The position numbers and the translations under genes were made by a program. Below, in pieces: positions 26,315-38,770 of a stretch of DNA of 64,000 nt. Where the stretch lies: assembly GCF_963921235.1 (NCBI RefSeq), contig NC_086108.1, forward strand, positions 28,026,001-28,090,000. The letters are read 5' to 3'. The notes under the pieces are model-generated. The model had not been told where the DNA came from and made no database searches. It saw only the letters and a list, made by a program, of their open reading frames with translations. How positions within the stretch are numbered: position 1 is the stretch's first letter; each line of letters begins with the position of its first letter. The DNA is from Mobula hypostoma (lineage: Eukaryota).

Positions 26315-28504
26315 AGAATATAAAAGCAAGGATATAATGTTGAGACTTTATAAAGCACTGTTGGCACATCACTTGAAGTATTGTGAGCAGTTATGGTCCC
26401 CTTTTATAAAAAAGCATGTGCTGACATTGGAGAGCATTCAAAGGAGATTCACAAAAATGATTCCAGCATTGAATGGCTTATTATATGAGGAGTGTTTGAT
26501 GGCTCTGGTCATGTACTCACTGGAATTCAGCAGAATGATGGGGGATATCATTGAAACCTATCGAATGTTGAAAGACCTCAACAGAGTAGATGTGGAGAGA
26601 ATGTTTCCTATGGTGAAGGAGTCTAAGACCAGAGGACACAGCCTCAGAATAGAGGGATGTCCATTTAGAATGGAGATGAGAATGAATTTCTTTAGCCGAA
26701 GAGTGGTGGTATCTGTGGAATTCTTGCCACGGGTGGCTATGGAGGCCAAGTCATTAGGTACACTTAAGTCAGAGGTTGCTAGACCCTTGATTAGTCAGGG
26801 CGTGAAAGGATACAGGGAAAAGGCAGGAGATTAGGTCTGAGAGGGAAATAGATCAGCCACAATGAAGTGGTAGAGCAGATTTGATGGGCCAAATGGCCTA
26901 ATTCTGCTGCTGTATCTTATTGTCTTTTGGTCTAAAAATGGGTGACTGCTGACCCTTGTGCAGGGAGAAATGTCCTTGTAAACACCCCATAATCTGCAGT
27001 CTTCTTCTCAGCCCATGGCATCCGTGTGACAGGAATCCAATTTCGAAACATCTGGCTTTTCGGTATGGTCAGGCCCAATGATTATTTTCACTGGGCAGCG
27101 AGGTTCCCAGGCTGATCAGTGGTTAGGGCATTACATTGTGAGCTATCCAAAGATTGTGGCTGGTGCTGAAGCCAATTATTTTCTGTTGTCAGGTGTCATC
27201 TCCCCTGTTGACAAGCTGGAATTCCTTCTGGGACAGTTGCTCAGGACTGTGCCTTCCAGGAGCCATGTTCTTCCTTGCCAGGAGGTGGAGCCAGAATTCC
27301 TTGCAGAAACCACTGCACCTTCTCAGCAGACTTCTCCCTCACTGTACCTTCCTACACTGTTTTCACCCTGTGGAACATATCACAGCCTTGCTCTTTCCTT
27401 CTGACTGTAGATTATGTCCACTTGAAACCATTGTGGACAACATGCCTTGGCCTTGAACAATTTCATTCCAAAGCTCGTGAGCAGAGGTCTTGTTGGATAA
27501 AGATGAACTCCTGACCTCTCAGTCTACCTGGTCATGGCCCTTGCACCTTCACTATAACTGTAACACTGTATACTGCATGTTATTATTGTTCCTCCCTTTG
27601 TGCTGCATCATTGTACTTACCTTTTGGAATGATCTGCATCAAAGACGTGCAAAGCACTGACCACTGTATCTTAGTACATGACAAAATAAACATTACTAAT
27701 TACCATGCACAAGGATCCTAACCCCTATGACCATCTGTGGAGCTCTGAGTACTACACTGTTAGCTCAGCCTTCTTCTCTCTTATGTTGAAGGCAAACTCA
27801 TTGCCCATGATGACAGCCAGTCCCCCTAGGGCTGCTTGGATTTAACACCTCATTGTCGTCATTTCACCAGGCTTGGTACCACACCCTCTAATACTCATAA
27901 TCCACCCTTGCCAGGCCAATTTTAGTTCTGATAGTCCAAGCCTCCAGGTTGGAGAGGAGAAGTCACCTTCCTCTCACCATTAAGGTACATCATCTTGCAC
28001 AAGGCAAGTCACAATCAGCAGCCAGAGTGTCAAAATTCTTTTACCAGTTACTACATACATCAGTTAGCCTCCCAGTCCCCAGCTAGTCAAACTCACCAGT
28101 GGCACAATATTTGCATCCACGGGAAGTATAAATTACACACTGTAATCTGGAGCATAGCACGGTTGGTTACCCTGCACTTAACAACACCTAAAACAGGTCT
28201 TCAGACAGATACATGAACAGGAAAAGTTTAGAGGTATATCAATGAAATGCAGGGGAATGGGACCAGGTTAGATGGGAATCTTGGTCATCATGAAGCATTT
28301 GGGCCAAGGGGCTTGATTCTGTACTGTATTACAGTACTCTGTAACTTCATGGCTTCATCTGCCCCATTCATTAATGAAGGGCAGGGCAGTTCAACTAACG
28401 CTGCTCAAGGAAACCTGGATTTAACATTCGTCCCTCATATGAGAAGTGGAAAGCCATCTTAACAAGGAATTTGGTAAATCAGCTTTTGTAGTCAGCTAAT
28501 TGAA

Positions 28505-28740
28505 AAGTACAAGAGGACTTTTACAGAGGGTGGTGAGAATGTGGAACAAGCTGCCAGCTCAAGTGCTGGATGCAATTTTGATTTCAACATTTAAGAGAAG
28601 TTTGGGTGGGTACATGGTTGGGAGGGGCAGGGAGGGATATGGTCTGGGTGTACGTCGATGGGACCAGGCAGTTTGGCACAGACTGGATGGGCTGAAAGGC
28701 CTGTTTCTGCACTATAGTTGTCTATGACTGACTCTGACTT
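28505..28740 (+). mobile_element. CR1 3' fragment
   Basis: QRVVRMWNKLP..TFKRSL; tail ctatgact. Confidence 0.75.
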
Positions 28741-28864
28741 TCTGCAATGCTGGACTCGGGCAGGGTTCATGAATTGGTATCATGCCGTCTGCTGTCTGTA
28801 AATCAGAGCTGGAGCTCATTCGCTCAAGATACTTCTCCGAACTAGGCATCTCAGTATCAGGCTG

Positions 28865-29518
28865 AAACCACAAGATGGCAGTGGGTTTGGTCACTGAGGC
28901 TTCTCTGGGTCCAACAAATGGTGCAAACGTGTGTCTTAAATGTTCTTTTTGTGGTTGCAAAACCCTATTTGACATTGGTATATAAAATACTGCAATTTCA
29001 GTTCATTAGTTCATTGGTGAGATTGAAGGTGAGGGAGCTGTACGGCCTGGGTTAATATGTGGACCAGGTCCTCACACGCGACATACCTGTTAAAATCACC
29101 CAGGGGAGTAAGTGCTAGAGACAGTGTGAGAGAGATAGAGACACAGTACGTATGCTGGAATCAGTGCTCTTTCACACCATCTCTCCCATCGTTGTTGTTC
29201 TCCAGTGTTCACTCCCTGGAAGACCAACTAGATTGCCATCGTCTGCAGCTGACCCAGCATGAGATGTGAAACCGCTGCATACTTGTTCCTGCAGAAATGT
29301 GGCTCCAGGACAACATCCATTGCAGCATCAATCTTCAGGCCTTGCCATGCAGAGATGTGTTAATGTGTAACCATGTGTGCTGTGTGTGACTGTATGTGCT
29401 ATCATTACGAAATGTGCTGCGTGCTGTGTGTGACAGTATGTGCTATGTTTTGCACTTTGGACCCAGAGGCATGCTGCTCTGTTTAGCTGTAGCTATTTGA
29501 AAGACAATGAACTTGAAC
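28865..29518 (+). mobile_element. Internally deleted Rex1/Babar-type LINE (5'UTR, endonuclease start, 3' tail)
   Basis: caagatggc start; PSLLFSSVHSLEDQLD..AEMWLQ; tail aatgaacttgaac. Confidence 0.6.
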
Positions 29519-29955
29519 CCTCACTAATTTCTGCACCTGCTGCTGAGGACGAAGCAGCTATAAAGCAATTGCAGTAGCAGTGGTTTTGATACAGATGAAG
29601 CAGTCATGGTGTCATAAACATTAATACAACCTTCCAGCTGTTTACAATTTCATTGGTCTTGGAATTACAAACACAGCCGGGTAAACAAACGCCATTGTCC
29701 TTGAAGAGAATAGGTTACTGGCACACAGTTTGGGAAATGAGATGGTTATGAGAGACTGTCTTAAGCATGCTTGCAAACATCTTAAGGCATGATATTTTGT
29801 ATTTTTATTTTGATATCAAGGAAGATTTCCACATTGATTATTTGTCCAATCAACCCTGGGCCATTGTCATATTTATGCTGTCAATCAATACCTGGATTGT
29901 TTGTGTATCCAGAGAGTCAGTTTTCACAATACTGGGGTAAAACAACAATATAGAG

Positions 29956-30036
29956 CAGTGGTCCCTAGCTTTTTTTAATGCCATAGAGCCTTACCATTAA
30001 CCAAGGGGCCCGAGGACCACAGGTTGGGAACCCTTG
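29956..30036. mobile_element. hAT MITE (~81 bp)
   Basis: cagtggtccc / gggaacccttg ends; 8-bp TSD atatagag; related copy at 63303-63383. Confidence 0.85.
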
Positions 30037-30044
30037 ATATAGAG

Positions 30045-30980
30045 TCATAGACGTATACAGCACAGAAACAGGTCCTATTGCTCAACTCATCCATGTCGCC
30101 TCCCTGAGCTATTTGTATTTGGCCCATATCTCTCTAACCTTTTTAAATGCATGGATCTGTTTAAATATCTTTTAGACATTGTAACTGTGCACCTGCCTCT
30201 CCAGACTCCTCTGCCAGTTCGTTCCACACACCCACCACCCTCCAAGGGAGAAAAAAAATGCCCTTCAATCTCCTTTTAAATCTTTTCCCTCTAAAACAAT
30301 GCCCACTAGTTTTAAACTCCCCTAGCCTTGGGGAAAAAAATCCATTTCCATCCACCTTATCCATACCTCCCATGATTTTGTACACCACTATAAGATCACC
30401 TCTCACCCTCCCAAAGGGAAAATATATTCCTCTCTTTGCAATTCAAGCCCTGAGTCTAGGTAACATCCTTGTGAATCTTTCCTCCACTGTTTTCAGCTTC
30501 ATGACAGTCTTCCTATAGCTGGACAAGGAAAACTGCAGACAATATTCCAGTGTGGTCACATTACCAACTTCTACAGTTGCAACATGATATCCTAGCTCCT
30601 GTACTCAATGTCCTCTGTTCTACAACATCTTCGAGGGCTCTGGTGCAAGTCCTGCCTTAGTTTAACTTATCGAAGTGCAACAATTCACGTTTATGCAAGT
30701 TAAATTCCATCTGACACTCTTTGGCCCAGTTCTACAATTTATCTAGATCCTTTTGTAATCTTAGATATCCTCATCACTGTCCACTACACTGCCAATTTTG
30801 GTGTCATCTGCAGACTTACTAGTGATGCTATCTACGTTCTCACCCACATTAATATAGATGGACAAACAACAGTGGACCCAACATCAAGCTATGTTGCACA
30901 CTACATAGATATTACATCTCTTCAGTCTGAAAAACAACACTTTACTGTTCCTCTAACTCCTTCCTCCAAGCCAATGTCTG
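30045..30980 (-). mobile_element. CR1 3' fragment
   Basis: RGDLIVVYKIMGGMDKVD..RVVGVWNELA. Confidence 0.85.
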
Positions 30981-31182
30981 ACATTTTTACCTTAAAGATT
31001 TTTAAAACATCTATGTTAATTACCTTATCCCAAAAAAACCTGCTTGAATATTCAGATTTTGTTTTCCCAGTCAAGTTTCATTTACAAATATGTAATTCTA
31101 TGGAACTATTTGTCCACAAATAGATAAATAAATTATGTAATTGTACTATTGAAATTGTATTTAATCACCTATTGTTACCTAT

Positions 31183-31380
31183 AAACTCCTCCCGCACCTT
31201 ACTGGTGCATTGGGCAGCAACTTTGCTGTTTCTTCAGCATTTGTCTGTTTTATGAGGCCGAGTTGCTAGCTTGCCACTCAACCCAGCAGAGATGGAATGC
31301 GTGCAAGGAACCACCCGGATTTGAACCGGGGACCACTCACTCCAAAGTCTCATGCTGATGCCATTACACCATCGGCTGGC
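31183..31380 (-). mobile_element. tRNA-derived SINE, tail type B
   Basis: tggtgtaatgg, ggttcaaatcc, core gctagcaactcggcctcataaaa; flanked by ttacct. Confidence 0.8.
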
Positions 31381-31658
31381 TTACCTTTATGCTTAGCAGT
31401 ATAAAAATACAATGAGTTCAGAAATATCTTTCAAGAGATCCTCCCACCCCGATCTCCTACCTTGCGTCTACGTGTGCTGAGTAAAGACTTGTCACATCCA
31501 CATCTCTAGTGTCAGTGGATTATTCAAAGTCACAACCTCTGCCTCATCCCATAGCCTTTCATGTCCCCCTCTTCATTTCCCCCACCCCATTTAATGTTGG
31601 TCAGGAGTTTAACCCATCTAATACACTGCACAATATTCCAGTGCCATGGTTGGCCCCT

Positions 31659-31866
31659 GCCAGCTGGTGGCGTAGTGGCATCAGTGCTGGACTTTGGATC
31701 GAAGGCTCCTGAGTTCGAATCCAGCCGGCTCCCTTGCACGCTTTCCATCCATGCTGGGTTGAGCGTTGAGCTAGCAACTCGGCCTCATAAAAATAAGAAA
31801 GCCTGCTAAAAAAAAATCATCATAACGGCGTCCCGATGACTCCACACGAAGTTAAGGGCTTTCTTC
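31659..31866 (+). mobile_element. tRNA-derived SINE, tail type C
   Basis: tggcgtagtgg, gagttcgaatcc, same core. Confidence 0.85.
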
Positions 31867-32057
31867 TATGCTCAGTCCCAGCCAAAGATTCGAGCCAAAA
31901 CAAGCACTTCCAGAGTTAAATCCATGCTTAATTGTTTAAAAGGGTGTAACTTGATTAAATACGCTTATGAGTTTCAGGCTATCCAATGGAAACACCCAGT
32001 ATTAAATGGAATAACATAAAAATCAAACTTTGGTCAAGAAGATAACAGATAACTGTT

Positions 32058-32403
32058 CGCAAACAAGAGAATGTCTTCAGATGCCGGAAATCCAAGCAAC
32101 ACACAAAAAATGTTAGAGGAACTCAGCAGGTCAGGCAGAAAAGAGTAAACAGTCAATGTTTCAGGCCAAGACCCTTCATCAGGACTGGAGAAAAAAGATG
32201 AAGTCAAAGTAAAGTTGGGGGTGGGGGTGGAGGAAGAAATATAAAGTAACAGGTTATAGGTGAAACTGGGAGAGGCAGAGGGGGGGATTAAAGAGCTGGG
32301 AAGTCGATTGGTGAAAGAGATAAAGGGCAGGTGAAGGTGGAATCTGATAGGAGAGGACAAAAGGCCATAGAAGAAAGGGAAGGAGGGGGAAGAGGAAGTC
32401 AAT
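32058..32403 (-). mobile_element. PLE terminal fragment, single arm, mutated hammerhead at 32151-32186
   Basis: Candidate TSD taactgtt; reverse strand agtc-ctgatga-agggtcttggcct-gaaacattgact. Confidence 0.8.
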
Positions 32404-34577
32404 TAACTGTTGCTATTTTGTGAATCACAGAAGTGGGATTACTCCAATTAATTTGCAAAATCTGCATTTATTAGCTATGAGAATAATTATTTATCATTTT
32501 GATATCTGCAGGTAACTGGCCATCAATACATGTGGTTCTCTTATATTGCCTCATCATCTCACTTGTGCAGTTCCCAAAAGCCAATAGCTTCAATTTGGCC
32601 ATGGCAAACATTCATTTGAACATGAATTTTTGAGTAGTTTAGTTAATGGAGACTAACAAATTCCTCCATTATAGTAAATCCTTGCAGAGTCCATAACGGT
32701 AGCTTTCTAACTGCTCTGCTAGATCCACTGCATAGATGCAGCACCAATCCCCCAGTTCACCTCACTCTGACTGCTGCCCAGCTAATGAAAGCAGCTTCCC
32801 TCCACTTGTTGGAAGGTCACAATGAGTGAACACCGGTGATTGTTCTGTCTCAGGCTGAGTAACTACCACCTAGGATAGCTGGTAGTGAGGCATAAGCAAG
32901 AGCAAAGCCTAGGAACCAGCATCTATTAGAAATGCTGACATCCTGAGTGACGTCAGTACCTTCGTTTGCATGGCCACTGATGCCCTCCAGGGATCAGACA
33001 CTTGACTTGCTTACTGTTGGTGTAGTCCTGATCCCATCCCTGTCACCAGCATACATTCAGCATGTCCAGGGTGGGAGTCGTCTTTGATTATGTTGACTGT
33101 TTTACCAAGGCAGCAAGAAGTGTAAAGGAGTAACTTATGTGTTCAAACCTGGGGTATGTGCTACACCATTGGGGACCTAGCATATTATCTTCCATATCCC
33201 AGTGGCATGACTGTTTCCAAAATCTCCCATCTGGAATGCTTTCCCTATAACATGGTGCCAGTAGCTGAACGGGTGCTGAGCAATGTCAAGTCTAAAAGAT
33301 GCAGAGTTGTCAAACTGTCATAGTCATACAATGCAAAAGCAGGCCTTTCAGCCCATCAAGTCTATGCTGTCCATCAAGCACCCATTTCCACCAATCCCAC
33401 ACATATCCCTTCCTATACACATTCTCAACATTTCCCCCAGGTTCTACCCTCACCTACACACTTGGGGCAATTTTCAGTGGCCAATTAACCCATCAATCAG
33501 CAGGCTGTTGAGATGTGGAAGGAACTCTGGTTCTGGATGAAACCCTGTGCCACATGGACAGCACCAAAAGGATTAAACCTGGGGCCACAAGAACTGTGAG
33601 TGACTCCTCGAGTTGTGACACTGTTCCACCCCTCTTCTTCCTAGTGTCTTCTTACTTCTTCATGTGATGGTTTGCTGTGTCAACCAGTACTATGTAAGGG
33701 CAAAACAGACCGTTAGTTGATGTTTCATGGGCAAGCAACAAGGCATTGTAATGAAGAAAGGAAGCATCAAAAATAGCCAGTCAGATACTTGCGCATTTTC
33801 CTCAACTCAGTTTCTCAGCCCGAGTTCCTGCCTATTTTGGAGAAGAATCTGTTGTACTTATCTGGAAAAGCAAGTCATCAGGGTTTGAGACAACTTGCTA
33901 TCACTGCAGGACTGTCATAGTTCAAATAATACTTCTGCAGATGTGTGTGTGTACAGTGCATGTGTGTGTATTTGCACAGGTAGTATATGTGTGTTAGTGC
34001 ATGCATGTATACGTGCTGGGTACCTGTGTTTTGTGTCTGTGTGTCCGTGTGAATAACTGCAGCCAAATAATTCCAAGTCCCTCTCAAATGGAATGCTTGT
34101 GTTCAACAAAATAAAACATAGATCCCATGTACTGCTTAAAACGTGCCAACAGATGTGTGAGTTGGAGGAAAGTATTGATCTTGAAAGAATTGTATTAAGG
34201 GGCTTTCTCAGCTCCATCAGGAGTGAGGGGCAAAGGGGCCCTGCACAGTAGAAGGAAAACTGTTGCTTCCAGACTGGTAAGGCTGCAGAATTAGAAGGGC
34301 TTCCTGCTAGGTACTGGCAGATCTGGTGAAATCTCTGCCACAGTGTGACTTCTGTCTCTGCATCTGTAGAGGTGCCATGTGTGTGTTGTGACTTGTGAGC
34401 TGAGTGACTGCACTGAAACAGTGGATGCAGAGGCTGCAAGGGTTGCACCTGTCGCCCAGAGGTAGAAGGATCAGAACACTTATTTTGATAGAGAAGGTGA
34501 GATCATAGAATTTATTCCTGCACTTATCCCAGATCCTGGCTGACTTACTAGTGGCCAGACAAAGCCTGCAGCATTTC

Positions 34578-34975
34578 TATCACGACATGCCCTGGCAATG
34601 TCAGAACCCAAGTGTGGAGAAACGACAAACTCCAATATAACAACCGCAACCACGGTTTATTCATCGGTGGCTCGGCCGAGCGACAGCACAAGATGCAACA
34701 TTCTCAAAACTAGGGCCCCATGATTATCACTAAATGAGCACCATTTAAATAATAACAGTAACATGGAATCCCCAAGCCTATCAAAATACACTTAACAATT
34801 TTACACAGAAAACCCCACAACACCACATTACAAAGTGAGTGGCTCAAAGAAAAAAAACGAGGAACTCTAAGCGATTATGACTCACATTAAACAATTAGCC
34901 AATTCAAGTCCTCCAAAAGAAAACTCAGCACCCAATACTCTCTGGTGCCCCACACGGCCTGACAAGCTCATTACA
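34578..34975 (-). repeat. Probable solo LTR, family X copy 1
   Basis: Homologous to 35928-36328; ends ttaca; imperfect TSD atttc/atctc. Confidence 0.65.
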
Positions 34976-35927
34976 ATCTCACCCTTACTCAATGGACCAT
35001 CCAGCATCACTGACATGGATCTTCCTCTCCACATAGTCCACAAAGATGGCTCGATTCTTGTCTGTGAAACTATTTCCTCCCCAGATGGCCTGTCCAGAAG
35101 TGTAATGGGTAGGCATCATTTAAACAATGGAGCCCTGATACAAATCTCCAAATGAATCGGCCTTCAGATCCATAATGTCGCTGAACTGTTCATGGTGAAC
35201 AGTGCAGTTACAAATTAAATAAGCTAATAGGGGGAAATCAATTATCAAATGCACACATATACATTAAAACCACATAAATCACATGAAAATAGTGATCGAA
35301 TATTAGATCCTTGCTGCACCAGAGAGGACTGGTGAAGGCTCGCACAGCTATTTACAAGCATATAAAATCCTAGGATAGTCCTTCTTACTTAAGGTTGGTC
35401 TGTATTGGACAGTATGTGTGTGAGAGAAAGAGAGGCAGAGACCCAGACAGAGACAAAGACAGGGACAGAATGAGGAAGGGAAAGAGATACAGAAGCAGGA
35501 AGGATGTTGTTTTGACTAATTTAAGCTATCCTCTTCTCAAGTGAATCACAGGCAATCAAGTGCAGAATACACTTAGTACAGTTTTCATTTCCCTTAAAGT
35601 GAATGATCAGATGTAATGTCAGATCATTCACTTGAATGATCAAGTGTGCCAGCGTTAGCTGCTGTTTTTCTCCTTCAGCCTAGTCCCTCCCATTCACACA
35701 CAGGGCCACGACCCTCCATCTTTATGTTATGTACATTAAGGAGCTGTCTTTTTGTGGATGGACGCAAATGGACACTCCTTCAGTACATACAATAACACTG
35801 ACATTTCATTTCAGCTTGGTCCATCCTTTCACAAAATCTGATCAAAAATTACTTTTAAACTGTTAATATAAAATTTGGCTGTTAATCCCCGCTTATAAAT
35901 TGGTTCTTTATCTTTCCAAACTCTACG

Positions 35928-36328
35928 TGTCACGGTGTGCATTGACAATGTCAGACCCCAAGTGTGGAGGATTGACAGACCCCGATGTAGAGACGGCAAC
36001 CGAAATTTATTCACAAGACCGCCAACAAAACATCGGTGGCTTGGCTGAGCGAGACCGCGAAACACAACATTCTCAAATCTAGGACTCCGCGATTAGTGCT
36101 AATCAGACATCTGTTTAAATAATTCAAGTAACACGAAATAAACTTAACAAGCTTAAAGAGAAAGCACCAGGAGACCACATTACAAAGTTCAAGTCGCTCG
36201 ATAAAAACACAAGGAACTCTGAACGATTAACGATTCTCATAAACAACAATTAATCAATTCAGGTGCTCAAGAAACTTCGGAGCCCAACGCTCTCCAGCTC
36301 CCCACACAGTTTCAAAGTGCTTGTTACA
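35928..36328 (-). repeat. Probable solo LTR, family X copy 2
   Basis: tgtcac...gttaca ends; homologous to 34578-34975. Confidence 0.65.
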
Positions 36329-36548
36329 CTATTTTCCCAATTTATACTTCCAAAACTAGAAGCATGCATTAATAAGGGATTCCAACTAATATGCAACACG
36401 CACAAAAATTGCTGGTGAATGCAGCAGACCAGGCAGCTTCTCTAGCAAGAGATACAGTTGACGTTTCGGGCCGAGACCCTTCGTTTCGGTTCTCCCCCTC
36501 CCCCTCCCCCTCCCACTTTCAAATCTCTTACTATCTCTTCTTTCAGTT

Positions 36549-36584
36549 AGTCCTGACGAAGGGTCTCGGCCCGAAACGTCGACT
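36549..36584 (+). ncRNA. Minimal type-I hammerhead ribozyme motif, fully intact
   Basis: AGUC-CUGACGA-aGGGucucggCCC-GAAACGUC-GACU; predicted cleavage after C36580. Confidence 0.8.
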
Positions 36585-36620
36585 GTACCTCTTCCTATAG
36601 ATGCTGCCTGGCCTGCTGCG

Positions 36621-37792
36621 ATCTCCACACAGGAGATTAGTGTGCAAACTTAAAGCACACGGTATTGGGGGTAAGGTATTGGTGTGGGTGGAGAATTGGT
36701 TAGCAGACAGGAAGCAAAGAGTGGGAATAAACGGGACCTTTTCAGAATGGCAGGCAGTGACTAGTGGGGTACCGCAAGGCTCAGTGCTGGGACCCCAATT
36801 GTTTACAATATATATTAATGACTTGGATGAGGGAATTAAATGCAGCATCTCCAAGTTTGCGGATGACACGAAGCTGGGTGGCAGTGTTAGCTGTGAGAAG
36901 GATGCTAAGAGGATGCAGAGTGACTTGGATAGGTTGGGTGAGTGGGCAAACTCATGGCAGATGCAATTTAATGTGGATAAATGTGAAGTTATCCACTTTG
37001 GTGGCAAAAATAGGAAAACAGATTATTATCTGAATGGTGGCCGATTAGGAAAAGGGGAGGTGCAACGAGACCTGGGTGTCATTATACACCAGTCATTGAA
37101 AGTGGGCATGCAGGTACAGCAGGCGGTGAAAAAGGCGAATGGTATGCTGGCATTTATAGCGAGAGGATTCGAGTACAGGAGCAGGGAGGTACTACTGCAG
37201 TTGTACAAGGCCTTGGTGAGACCACACCTGGAGTCTTGTGTGCAGTTTTGGTCCCCTAATCTGAGGAAAGACATCTTTGCCATAGAGGGAGTACAAAGAA
37301 GGTTCACCAGATTGATTCCTGGGATGGCAGGACTTTCATATGAAGAAAGACTGGATGAACTGGGCTTGTACTCGTTGGAATTTAGAAGATTGAGGGGGGA
37401 TCTGATTGAAACGTATAAGATCCTAAAGGGATTGGACAGGCTGGATGCAGGAAGATTGTTCCCAATGTTGGGGAAGTCCAGAACGAGGGGTCACAGTTTG
37501 AGGATAGAGGGGAAGCCTTTTAGGACCGAGATTAGGAAAAACTTCTTCACACAGAGAGTGGTGAATCTGTGGAATTCTCTGCCACAGGAAACTGTTGAGG
37601 CCAGTTCATTGGCTATGTTTAAGAGGGAGTTAGATATGGCCCTTGTGGCTACGGGGGTCAGGGGGTATAAAGGGAAGGCTGGGGCGGGGTTCTGAGTTGG
37701 ATGATCAGCCATGATCATAATAAATGGCGGTGCAGGCTCGAAGGGCCGAATGGCCTACTCCTGCACCTATTTTCTATGTTTCTATGTTTCTA
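36621..37792 (+). mobile_element. Young 5'-truncated CR1 with an uninterrupted RT frame to 37695
   Basis: [18 protein letters not shown], no stops over ~355 codons; (tttctatg)n tail. Confidence 0.95.
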
Positions 37793-38131
37793 CGTTCACC
37801 AGCAAGTTTTGTGTGTGTTGCTTGAAATTCCAGCATCTGCAGATTTCCTCATGTTTGCCAATATGCCATGCCTTTGATTCTATTTCCATCAGTCTCACAA
37901 AGTTAAGTTCAAAGACCCTTGCTCATTTCCCCAACAGAGGCAGAATATAGTTTTGGTTAGAAGTCCTCATTAACTAGCTTGGGTTATGAAGTCTCCTGTC
38001 AGCACCGGATTGTGGTTTAGAATTGGTAATCTCAACCTGATTAACCAACGTCTGAGATTTCTCTGAGAAAGTGCTGTCAAACCATCAGACTTGTGACACT
38101 AGAAACACGTAGCAGACATTACTTTCATCAA

Positions 38132-38267
38132 CAAGCAAGAGAACATCTGCAGATGCTGGAAATCCAAGTAACACACACAAAATACTGGAGGAAATCAGCA
38201 GGCCAGGCAGCATTCATGGAAAAGAGTGCAGTCAATGTTTTGGGCTGAAACCCTTCAGCAGGACACC
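38132..38267 (-). mobile_element. PLE terminal fragment, single arm
   Basis: TSD actt(t/a)catcaa (38121-38131, 38268-38278); ends at a degenerate hammerhead cccttcagcaggac. Confidence 0.8.
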
Positions 38268-38770
38268 ACTTACATCAATTCTTATTTTGTATCGATGTAA
38301 GAGAAATGGTACAGAGCATATTTAATTTCAGAGTACAGTAAACAAAAAAAAAGCCTCTGGCACGGATTTTCTTTTTACTTATGACCCACAGAACTTCAAC
38401 AGAAGCTTATGCGTTCCATTTGCACTGTCAGCAGATAAGAGCATAGCAGAGGCATTACTGGAACCTCAGAGCCAAAGCAAAATCATCTTGTGTATTTTTA
38501 TACTAGGGTGCGATTCAGTCATAAAACCCACAGCTATTGATGCAGAAATGTTCACAGCTGTTCCAGATGTTTTCGTGCTTGTATCTTCAAAACTCATCAT
38601 CCACACATGATTCAGAGTTGAACGTTGTACTGGCTGCTCTGCATTTCATTTCAATGCTGTGTGTTTGTAGTCAGATAGGAACAGACTGACCAGATGAATG
38701 AGACTGAACTTCTAGTGGGCTAGAAGGATACCCTATTTGCATAATTCCACCACCATCAGAGGCTCTGTAA

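Larger units (their letters stand above)
20630..26933 (+). mobile_element. Near full-length degraded CR1 LINE (5'UTR, ORF1 esterase, ORF2 APE-RT, 3'UTR) with nested insertions
   Basis: ORF1 GD../GNND/LHPN motifs; ORF2 LGNSDH, YLDFQKAF, QGSVLG, KFADN; 3'UTR gggccaaatggcctaattctg. Confidence 0.92.
36395..37859. mobile_element. Two-armed PLE terminal insertion interrupted by a young CR1
   Basis: Minus arm 36395-36484; plus arm 36485-36620 and 37793-37859; TSD aatatgc (36388-36394, 37860-37866). Confidence 0.88.

Noticed and set aside
31659..31730. tRNA gene
   Set aside because: A/B boxes continue into a SINE core and tail shared with two other copies; no proper cloverleaf.
33915..34448. 177-aa ORF in non-repeat DNA
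   Set aside because: No recognisable motif and it runs into a (tg)-rich low-complexity tract.
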